A DNA stretch of 64,000 nucleotides from NCBI GenBank assembly GCA_965207065.1, contig OZ242260.1, positions 1,408,001-1,472,000 on the forward strand. Direction: 5' to 3'. Position numbers and translations under genes: made by a program. The notes under the pieces are model-generated. The model searched no databases. It worked only from the letters and a program-made list of their open reading frames with translations, and was not told the DNA's origin. Source of the stretch: a bacterium. GTDB taxonomy: Bacteria > UBA8248. Shown here piece after piece: positions 56,432 through 64,000 of this stretch. The number at the start of each line of letters is the position of its first letter. Position 1 is the stretch's first letter.

Positions 56432-57076
56432 ATGGAAGTGTTTTTTCTGGAAAACGTGAAATTTCGGTTTGAGGCCGAATTGGTTCTGGATATCGATAAG
56501 GTGACGGTCTCGTCCGGAGAGGTGGTACTGCTCACTGGAGCGAATGGTTCCGGTAAAACAACGCTCTTGCGCGTGATGGCGGGTTTGCTTACGCCTGAGG
56601 ATGGTGTCATCAAATATAAGAGTGAACCCATCATTTACGGCAAAGCAGGACTCGAACACAGGAGAAGGGTCACGCTCCTTGCCCAGGAACCGTATCTTTT
56701 CCGGGGAAACGTTTTGCTGAATGTTTCTTATGGGCCCCGTGCGCGTGGGATGAGCAAATCGCAAGCGAATGAATTAGCTGAAGAGGCCATTCTCAATACG
56801 CGATGCGAAGGTTTGATTGACCGAGACGCTGCAAAACTCTCTGGAGGGGAGAAAAAGCGCGTTGCCCTCGCGAGGGCATTAGCGGCGGGAGCGGAAACCC
56901 TTCTCCTGGATGAGCCCATCTCTCATTTGGACGAGGAAAACAGCAAACTGATTGTCGAAATCATCAAAGAGTTAGCCGCCTCTGGAATTACTTTGGTCGT
57001 GAGCACTCACATACCGGAATGGGCAAGTTCTCTTTCATTGAAGAATGTGCGGCTTGCATATGGCAAAGTTGTGTAA
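56432..57076 (+). CDS. tupC: Tungstate ABC transporter ATPase
   Basis: GANGSGKT, LSGGE, LLDEP. Confidence 0.88.
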   Translation: MEVFFLENVKFRFEAELVLDIDKVTVSSGEVVLLTGANGSGKTTLLRVMAGLLTPEDGVIKYKSEPIIYGKAGLEHRRRVTLLAQEPYLFRGNVLLNVSYGPRARGMSKSQANELAEEAILNTRCEGLIDRDAAKLSGGEKKRVALARALAAGAETLLLDEPISHLDEENSKLIVEIIKELAASGITLVVSTHIPEWASSLSLKNVRLAYGKVV

Positions 57077-57077
57077 T

Positions 57078-57830
57078 TCAGGGCAAATTGGCTTCATCGA
57101 CATGGTGTGAATCCCCGAACAGATCGGCTTCAAGTGGACCTCCGCGCCAAACGGGAAACTTCCTGACATAATAATCTACCAACCCTGCCTCGAACACTTT
57201 AGATTGTGTGTAATCGGTGGCTTGTTTTTGGGAACGGTGGCATGCGTGCGCATTTAACCTCGCATGTGGATATCTCCTACCATCGACTATGGTTGTGTAG
57301 TCGTCCCGATATATGAGGTCGGAGCGATTGTATATATTGCGCCTTTTCACTGGCGATATCCGGTGGTAAAGGCGTTTGGACGCAGCATTTGGATTTGTCC
57401 TCACAAGCCGATGGAAAGCCTTTGTGACCCAGCCTCCCAGGGCGATATGGTCTGGGTGTCCGGTAACGCCGTCTTCCCCATATGTCACGACCACGTCGGG
57501 AGTGAAATTTCGAATGAATTCTTCGATGCGGGGAAGAATTTCTTGTTCCTCGATAAATTTCAATCCGCGATCCGGGTAGTTCCAGAGTGTCATGTCTTTG
57601 ATACCTAGCACATGGCAGGCGTCTTTCAGTTCCGCTTCCCGGACATCGCCCAATTCATCAGGCTTGCATACACCGTTCGTGAGGCCTGCTTCTCCACGTG
57701 TGAAGGTAAGCAGGCCCATTCGTACGCCCTGGTTTGCGTAAAGCGTGATTGTGGCCGGGTTTCCGAAGGATTCATCATCCGGATGTGCGTAAATGTGGAG
57801 AATGGAACGCTGGGAGATAGCTTTATTCAT
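57078..57830 (-). CDS. PIG-L family deacetylase (BshB/MshB-like)
   Basis: AHPDDE, TRGE, GHPDH, HRSQ. Confidence 0.9.
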   Translation of the reverse strand: MNKAISQRSILHIYAHPDDESFGNPATITLYANQGVRMGLLTFTRGEAGLTNGVCKPDELGDVREAELKDACHVLGIKDMTLWNYPDRGLKFIEEQEILPRIEEFIRNFTPDVVVTYGEDGVTGHPDHIALGGWVTKAFHRLVRTNPNAASKRLYHRISPVKRRNIYNRSDLIYRDDYTTIVDGRRYPHARLNAHACHRSQKQATDYTQSKVFEAGLVDYYVRKFPVWRGGPLEADLFGDSHHVDEANLP

Positions 57831-58159
57831 AACGAAGAATGAGTTGGGGAGCCTCCAAACAAATAAGGCTTGCATATTACCATTTCAAATCATTAGTTCA
57901 AGATTTACGCCTTCCGTTTTTCTTTTTTTATGGGCTTCCTCGTGAGCAAAATAACAGATTGCGCCATCAATTCATGGAATCAGATGTCACCCAGCGACAA
58001 ATGGTTTTTCCAAATTCCGTCCTCTTGCCCTGTATCTCTCTTTGGTTTATATGAAACATACGACCACGAGACCCTGAAATTTGTTATCATCAAACCAATA
58101 TTGAGTTGATGCTGATCAGTGATTCGTAAAACCCTGTTCCATAACAAGGAGTCGGTATT

Positions 58160-59317
58160 GTGGAGTTAGTCATTTCAAGGGATACGTTGCTCAGAGCCCT
58201 GCAGACAATACAAGGTGTTGTCGAAAACAGAAGCAGCGCAATGCCCATATTGCAAAATGTGCTTGTCGAGACCGAAGGCAACAAGAATATCCGCTTGTTG
58301 GGCACGAACCTTGATATCAGCATGCGCGGAATTTTCGAGGCTGAAGTAGAGAAAGCAGGGCAAGTTACGCTGAATGCAAGGAAATTGTTCGATATTGTCC
58401 GAGAACTTCCTGAAGCGGAAGTCCATTTCACGGAAGAAGACGGACAGTGGATTGAAATGCGCTGTGAGCGCTCGAAATTCCGTTTTCCGGGATTGCCGCC
58501 TGCAGAATTCCCCGCACTCCCAGAGTCGAAAGAATCAGACGCACATACTATTTCTGCTTCGGTATTATCGGAAATGATTCGAAAGACGATGTTTGCGATT
58601 TCTCAGGACGAGACGCGCTATACATACAATGGCGTTTTCATGGAAACCGAAGCCGATATCCTGCGCCTCGTCGCTACCGATGGCCATCGGTTGGCTATGA
58701 TTGAGCGCCCGAGCGAAGGGTTGGTGCTTCATGAAGGAGTAATTGTCCACAAAAAAGCTTTGGGAGAACTCGTGAAGCTCTTGCAAGGCATTGAGGGTGA
58801 AGTATCCGTCTCTCTTACTCACGTCTCAAGCGGTCAGGGCTTGTCTCTTTCTGGAGATGAAGCGTCAGCCTCCCTCACTCCGAATCACATCATTTTTCAA
58901 ATGGAAAATATTGCGCTATCGGCCCGGCTGATAGACGGTGAATTTCCGAAATACAGACAAGTGATTCCGGATAACAATGAGCACTCCATTTTGATGAACC
59001 GGGAAAGTTTAACACAAGCACTCAGGCGGGTTGCGCTTTTCACGAACGAAACGCGCATGGTGAAGTTCGCGTTTACCCCGGGCCAGTTGAAGTTGACGAC
59101 GAACGGTTCAGAGGCGGGAGAGGCTGAGGAAATCATAGAATCGAACGCGCAGACCGACATTACGATTGGATTTAATTCAAGGTATTGTCTGGATGCGCTA
59201 TCCATATTGGAAGAAGAGCAAATCTGCATGGATTTAAAGGATTCGCTGAGTCCCGGGGTACTCTCTCCCAAGGACTCGGATGGTTATACATATGTTGTAA
59301 TGCCGATGCGTGTCTAA
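58160..59317 (+). CDS. dnaN: DNA polymerase III beta sliding clamp
   Basis: PILQNVL, VATDGHRL, RLIDGEFPKY, IGFNSRY, VVMPMRV; AAGGAG RBS. Confidence 0.96.
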   Translation: MELVISRDTLLRALQTIQGVVENRSSAMPILQNVLVETEGNKNIRLLGTNLDISMRGIFEAEVEKAGQVTLNARKLFDIVRELPEAEVHFTEEDGQWIEMRCERSKFRFPGLPPAEFPALPESKESDAHTISASVLSEMIRKTMFAISQDETRYTYNGVFMETEADILRLVATDGHRLAMIERPSEGLVLHEGVIVHKKALGELVKLLQGIEGEVSVSLTHVSSGQGLSLSGDEASASLTPNHIIFQMENIALSARLIDGEFPKYRQVIPDNNEHSILMNRESLTQALRRVALFTNETRMVKFAFTPGQLKLTTNGSEAGEAEEIIESNAQTDITIGFNSRYCLDALSILEEEQICMDLKDSLSPGVLSPKDSDGYTYVVMPMRV

Positions 59318-59398
59318 ACAGCTGTTCGGTTTGCCAAGGGTTGAATTGATGCAGCAAGTTTCCCCCTAAATGAGATAATTGGGGGATGGTGATCTCTT

Positions 59399-59432
59399 AG
59401 GCGCCTCTTTAGTGGGGCGCCTGTATTTTTTC
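59399..59432 (+). terminator. Intrinsic terminator after dnaN
   Basis: AGGCGCCTC-TTTAGT-GGGGCGCCT followed by GTATTTTTT. Confidence 0.7.
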
Positions 59433-59450
59433 TGTCGTGGATTCGGTTAG

Positions 59451-60686
59451 ATGAAGTTCTATTATTCAGAAAACGCGAGTGAGAATTCGAGCCGCTATTA
59501 TGGCTGGGTGATAGTGGGTCTCACTTTTTTCACCATGGCTGTCGGTGGCTCCATTGTCGGAACGTTTCCTGTTTTTTATGTGGCTTTTCTCGATGAATTC
59601 GGTTGGTCCCGTGCGGACACCGCCTTGGCGTTTTCCTTTTCGATGGCTACGTTTGCGATATCCGCAGGCTTTATTGGGGCTATGGTAGACCGATGGGGCC
59701 CAAGAGTCATAATCCCCACGGGAATCACGATTCTGGGCGTCGGCCTTGTGTTGATGTCAAAAGTTTCGAGTTTATCCACCTTGTATTTTTTCTATGGGGG
59801 CGTCGTAGCACTAGGCGTTACCATGTTTGGGTTTATTCCTACGAGCACGGTAGTTAGTCAATGGTTTGCGCAACGCCGCTCCGTGGCGATGGGGATATCG
59901 TTATCGGGAAGGAGTTGTGGCGGCATCCTCATGGTTCCGTTTTCCGCCTATCTAATCGCGACTTTCGGATGGCGCGCGGCGTATGTTTTGTTGGCGATTG
60001 GCATCATCGTCTTGTTGGTTCCCCTGAATGTGCTTTTACACCGCAGCCGCGCCGACGTAACGGAAAGAAAATCAGGGGCTGCCTCCGGGTCGAACTGGAC
60101 CTTGAAGGAAGCTCTGTCTGATTCGGTTTTTTGGCTGTTGTTTCTGGCGGGGATGTTTAATGGCGTTGGCTTCAGCGTCGTCGGCGTGCACCAGGCCGCT
60201 CACATGGTTGATGTGGGAATGAGCACCATAAAAGCCGCCTCTCTGATAGGAGGCCTGGCTGTTGTCAGAGCCTTGGGAGGTATTTTGGGAGGATGGGTAG
60301 GAGACAAGATCGGGCGGACCCGAACTTTTTATCTGCTCAGCTTGGTCGCCATGTCGGGCGTAATTCTGTTGATGAATTTATCTGAACGTCTTGTTTGGCT
60401 GGGATATGCATATGTTCTGGTGTATGGCATTGGCGCCGGTGCTCGTGGTGCGATTTTCGTATCGCTCAAGGCGGATATTTTTGGCGGCAAGAATTTTGGT
60501 CGAATCTTGGGATTCAGCCAAACGGGAGGGGGATTGGCCTCTGCCGTTGGGCCTTGGGCCGCGGGATATATTTTTGACTTGTGGGGAAGTTATTACTGGG
60601 CTTTCATTCTCGTGCTGGTTGTTCAAGTCTTGTCGCTTATCGCAGTAGCGGCGGCGTCATCGAAAGCAAAGAGAAGAAAAGGATGA
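59451..60686 (+). CDS. MFS transporter (OFA/MCT-like)
   Basis: YYGWVIV, GAMVDRWGPR, GWVGDKIGR; about 12 TMs. Confidence 0.92.
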   Translation: MKFYYSENASENSSRYYGWVIVGLTFFTMAVGGSIVGTFPVFYVAFLDEFGWSRADTALAFSFSMATFAISAGFIGAMVDRWGPRVIIPTGITILGVGLVLMSKVSSLSTLYFFYGGVVALGVTMFGFIPTSTVVSQWFAQRRSVAMGISLSGRSCGGILMVPFSAYLIATFGWRAAYVLLAIGIIVLLVPLNVLLHRSRADVTERKSGAASGSNWTLKEALSDSVFWLLFLAGMFNGVGFSVVGVHQAAHMVDVGMSTIKAASLIGGLAVVRALGGILGGWVGDKIGRTRTFYLLSLVAMSGVILLMNLSERLVWLGYAYVLVYGIGAGARGAIFVSLKADIFGGKNFGRILGFSQTGGGLASAVGPWAAGYIFDLWGSYYWAFILVLVVQVLSLIAVAAASSKAKRRKG

Positions 60687-60701
60687 ATATCGAGACAGTA
60701 T

Positions 60702-61274
60702 TCAGGAAGCCGCTTTCTCTTTTTCTGCAATCATCGATTCGATGAAGGAAATCATGCTTTCGGGTGCTGTTTGTTCAATATTCAATGTGCCGTGATAAAG
60801 AGTTGAATCGGCGAAATCGACATTGAAGAAATATTGGGAAAACAAACCCTGATCCCGGTCTGATCTCTTGATGGTTTCTTCCGCCGCAGTTCTCGTTACA
60901 CCTGATGATTCCATGAAGTGGCGGATACGGGCTTCCAGGCTGCCGACGATTCGAAGATGCAGGGCGTCGGTCCGATCCTTCAAGAGTACTTGACCACCCC
61001 ATCCGCCGATAACCACATTCCCTTTGTCCGCCGCTTCATTCATGCAATCAGACAAAACGTCTCGCAAGCTGTCTCTTCCGACGCCAAAGGTACGTTCCAG
61101 GATTGTTGGAGCGCGGCCTTCTATTTTCTCCAAATCCAGGGTCAAACCTCTTTGCTCGCAAATTTCAACGAGCTCGTCGCGCCCGAGAAACGCATGGCCC
61201 AGTTTGTCCGCGAGCTGGTGCGCAATGAAAATTCCACCGGTACCGTATTGACGTGAAATGGTGACGACGGCCAT
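60702..61274 (-). CDS. Cytidylate kinase-like family protein
   Basis: VVTISRQYGTGG, GNVVIGG; AAGGAG RBS. Confidence 0.85.
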   Translation of the reverse strand: MAVVTISRQYGTGGIFIAHQLADKLGHAFLGRDELVEICEQRGLTLDLEKIEGRAPTILERTFGVGRDSLRDVLSDCMNEAADKGNVVIGGWGGQVLLKDRTDALHLRIVGSLEARIRHFMESSGVTRTAAEETIKRSDRDQGLFSQYFFNVDFADSTLYHGTLNIEQTAPESMISFIESMIAEKEKAAS

Positions 61275-61454
61275 GTGAAATCTCCTTTTTAGCAATCTCC
61301 GATATGGTGAATACTTATTCGAATGATCTTATCAAAAATTATCATGACACACGAGCTTGATGAAAAGCGCGTTGTTCCATTTCACTTGGCGAGATAGAGG
61401 TGAAAGGTGTCTTCGGGTATTCTTCTGCTGACAGATTCTGAGTAACCCGTTTCG

Positions 61455-62048
61455 ATGATCACTAATGGAGAGTTCGTTTTTGTGACGATTCCACCCGAAG
61501 AACTTCTTGAACGTCTTGGTGTGCATACTTCGCTGTATTCCGCTGATGAAGATGGGATTTTCGCCGTCCTGAATGATCAGCAAAAAGGCCATTTTTTTGC
61601 AGTCGATCGCGCAAGCGGCAACTTCCGCTGGCGAGTGGAGAACACAGCGGGCTGGGTGATAGCGCCTCCTCTCATCTGGGAGGATATCTACATCGTGGGT
61701 ACGAGCAGCGCGGAAATGAAAAGGGAAGAAAAAGGAGGAACGTTTGCGACTGTAGACTGGAAGCGAGGAGGTTCCGTTTATGCTTTCGGAGCAATTGATG
61801 GCGCCGTGCGGTTTTGGGATGAAAGAACAGGTGTGGTTAGAAATACCCCCGTTGCCGAAGATGGCGTCTTGGTGGTGGAAGGAGAAGTTCGGGTGGGCGG
61901 GTTTCAGGATGAAGAGCCGTGGTCTTCATCCTGCGAGGTGGAAAGCCGGTTTTCTTTAACCACAAAACGCCTGATCGCCCGCCGCGTGCGAGGGGATGTT
62001 CCCTCCGGATATTTTGAGGGAGAAGCGCCGCCAACCGAGTGGGTGTGA
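61455..62048 (+). CDS. PQQ-like beta-propeller repeat protein
   Basis: FAVDRASGNFRW and YAFGAIDGAVRFW repeats. Confidence 0.6.
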   Translation: MITNGEFVFVTIPPEELLERLGVHTSLYSADEDGIFAVLNDQQKGHFFAVDRASGNFRWRVENTAGWVIAPPLIWEDIYIVGTSSAEMKREEKGGTFATVDWKRGGSVYAFGAIDGAVRFWDERTGVVRNTPVAEDGVLVVEGEVRVGGFQDEEPWSSSCEVESRFSLTTKRLIARRVRGDVPSGYFEGEAPPTEWV

Positions 62049-62053
62049 GGTTC

Positions 62054-62932
62054 TCACCTTCTTTTTCTTATTTCCTTTGCCATTAACGTCGCGTTTTGCG
62101 GAACCAGGTTTGGGCGAAACCAATTCCGGTATTCATCCATGTGAACGCTCGGAACCGCTTTTGCGAGCGTCCGGTGTTTTTTCAGGGCTGAGGCGGTGCG
62201 CGACCGTAATTTCGTCATGTAGCCCCTGAATTCATCCCATACCTTTGAGGCGGGCTGAGTGGGAACCGGCCCATGGCCGGGGATGAGGAACTTGGCGGGA
62301 AATTTCTTTAGTTTTGGGATCGCATCTATCCAGTTGCCGAAATTCCCTAGCCTTGCCACCGGGTGGGTTCGATAATCGAGCAGGTCTCCCGTGAAGAGAA
62401 TTCTCTCCTCCGGCATCCAGACAACTGTGTCGCCTTTAGTATGGCAATGACCGATGTGGACCATCTCGAATAGCCGCCCGCCGTAGCGGACGGAAATCTC
62501 ATCTCCGAACGTCACCATGGGCGTGGCGATGTGAAGTTTGCCGATCAGGTGCTCCACTTTTTGCGGTCTGCCCGCCATTTGCTTTACCCAGATGCCCTCG
62601 TTCTCCTCTCGCTCCATCTCGATAACCACGTTTTCCTGGCCGACGGAAACAGCCCCTCGCTTGTGGTAGTAACCGTTGTCGGATGTATGGTCGAAATTGT
62701 GGTGGGTATTGAGCACCAGCCCGGGCGATTTCCGGGTGACTTCTTTCATGCCGGACACGAAAGCCTTTCGTATACGGATGTCGTTATCAACGATGACCGG
62801 TTTTTCGTCCGTAAGAATGAGGCCGAAATTCGTGCCGCCGTCTCCGCCGATGAAAACATGCACTCCCTCTGCGATTTCGACGAATCCTTGGGTTTTTGCC
62901 GGGCCAGGCATTGCCTTTACACTGCGTGCCAT
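62054..62932 (-). CDS. MBL-fold metallo-hydrolase
   Basis: NTHHNFDH, HTKGD, FTGDL, IPGHG; AAGGAG RBS. Confidence 0.92.
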   Translation of the reverse strand: MARSVKAMPGPAKTQGFVEIAEGVHVFIGGDGGTNFGLILTDEKPVIVDNDIRIRKAFVSGMKEVTRKSPGLVLNTHHNFDHTSDNGYYHKRGAVSVGQENVVIEMEREENEGIWVKQMAGRPQKVEHLIGKLHIATPMVTFGDEISVRYGGRLFEMVHIGHCHTKGDTVVWMPEERILFTGDLLDYRTHPVARLGNFGNWIDAIPKLKKFPAKFLIPGHGPVPTQPASKVWDEFRGYMTKLRSRTASALKKHRTLAKAVPSVHMDEYRNWFRPNLVPQNATLMAKEIRKRR

Positions 62933-63053
62933 TGGTTTCTCCTTGCGGGGGCAGCGATGATAACGATATCGTAAAGGGAATCTAAGTAAAGGTATCAAAG
63001 TGCTATTGAAGCAACAATATCGAAAATGAAAATTTCATAAATGAGATTACAAA

Positions 63054-64000
63054 ATGAATTCTTACTCTGCATTCATAGGACTTGAGTGTTCAAAAACCGG
63101 AGAGCAGTTTCAACCCGGCGGCTTGATGAATCTAAGCCCCTGCGGTGCTCCGTTGCTGGCGCTGTATGACACCGAAGCCGCGGCGCGGACTTTGGACTTC
63201 AAGAATTTGGCGGGCCGCGCTCATTCCATGTGGCGCTATCATGAAATGCTCCCGGCCCCCGATGAAAGCGCCATCGTAACGCTGGGTGAAGGCATGACGC
63301 CCTTATTAAGGGCGCCTCGTCTTGAAAAGGTTATGGGGCTTTCCCATCTGTACGTGAAGGATGAGGGTCTAAATCCGACGGGAAGTTTCAAGTCCAGGGG
63401 ATTGTCCGTGGCGGTCACGATGGCGCGGCATCTGGGAGCGAAAAAGATAGCCATTCCTACAGCAGGCAACGCAGGCGGCGCGGCGGCAGCTTACGCTTCG
63501 CGAGCGGGAATCGATGCGTCTGTGTTTGTCCCGGAAAAAGCGCCAAGTGTGCACAAAGTGGAATGTGCTCTGGCAGGAGCCGATGTGACCGTTGTTCGCG
63601 GCTATATACATCATTGCGCGGAAATCGTGGCGCAAAGAACTCCGGCTGAAGGTTGGTTCGAATTGTCCACGTTCAAGGAGCCTTATCGGGCCGAAGGGAA
63701 GAAAACGATGGCTTATGAACTCGTCGAACAACTCGGCGGCGATATCCCCGACGTGATTCTCTACCCCACAGGCGGCGGAACGGGGTTGGTGGCGATGTGG
63801 CGCGCCTTTGGCGAGCTTGAGGCATTGGGATGGATAGGCGAAAAAAGACCGCGCATGATATGCGTTCAAGCCGAGGGCTGCGCACCACTCGTGCGGGCGT
63901 ATGAGAACAACGATGAAGTTTCGGCCCAGTGGGACAACCCGACGACGATGGTATCCGGCCTGCGCGCGCCAAAGGTTCTGGCGGATTTTTTGTGTCTGCA
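63054..64000 (+). CDS. thrC: Threonine synthase (runs off the window end)
   Basis: Own translation: SMWRYHEMLP, VTLGEGMTPL, YVKDEGLNPTGSFKSRG (PLP Lys), AGNAG, EGKKTMAYE, YPTGGGTG. Confidence 0.9.
   Translation, partial: MNSYSAFIGLECSKTGEQFQPGGLMNLSPCGAPLLALYDTEAAARTLDFKNLAGRAHSMWRYHEMLPAPDESAIVTLGEGMTPLLRAPRLEKVMGLSHLYVKDEGLNPTGSFKSRGLSVAVTMARHLGAKKIAIPTAGNAGGAAAAYASRAGIDASVFVPEKAPSVHKVECALAGADVTVVRGYIHHCAEIVAQRTPAEGWFELSTFKEPYRAEGKKTMAYELVEQLGGDIPDVILYPTGGGTGLVAMWRAFGELEALGWIGEKRPRMICVQAEGCAPLVRAYENNDEVSAQWDNPTTMVSGLRAPKVLADFLCL

Noticed and set aside
57876-58159. oriC upstream of dnaN
   Set aside because: AT-rich, but no cluster of DnaA boxes and no dnaA; the one exact TTATCCACA I noticed (37751) is inside a CDS.

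Overview
Bacterial window in two parts. Bases ~1-21.9 kb are visibly GC-rich. They carry an FAD oxidoreductase, two 'DGLP(V/L)IPPT' proteins (one a hidden UGA-readthrough fusion to a UxxC 'UGSC-type' selenoprotein domain), tRNA-Ser(UGA), and a ~15 kb proteusin (NHLP) RiPP cluster. That cluster has a precursor with core LCCCW, a YcaO cyclodehydratase, a Trp-halogenase homologue and an NHLP export ABC system, matching the srp-type clusters known from marine sponge microbiomes. It also has three unusual tailoring genes: an NHLP-leader/class II terpene cyclase-like fusion, a possible PT-barrel prenyltransferase, and a frameshifted AlkB/GlnE-like fusion. Bases ~22-64 kb are lower in GC. They carry four more tandem DGLP paralogues, an orphan Mo-hydroxylase large subunit, a stand-alone UGSC selenoprotein, an Ogt with Sec in place of its catalytic Cys, assorted catabolic and transport genes, nadA/nadC, tupABC, an isolated dnaN and a truncated thrC. 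All three in-frame UGA codons, missed by the ORF track, are followed after exactly 11 nt by a SECIS-like hairpin. The strongest candidates for undescribed biology are (i) a GrdB/PrdB-like Sec subunit with six interchangeable DGLP partner domains and (ii) prenylation/terpene-cyclisation chemistry on the LCCCW proteusin. Family calls rest on motif recognition only; no searches were run.
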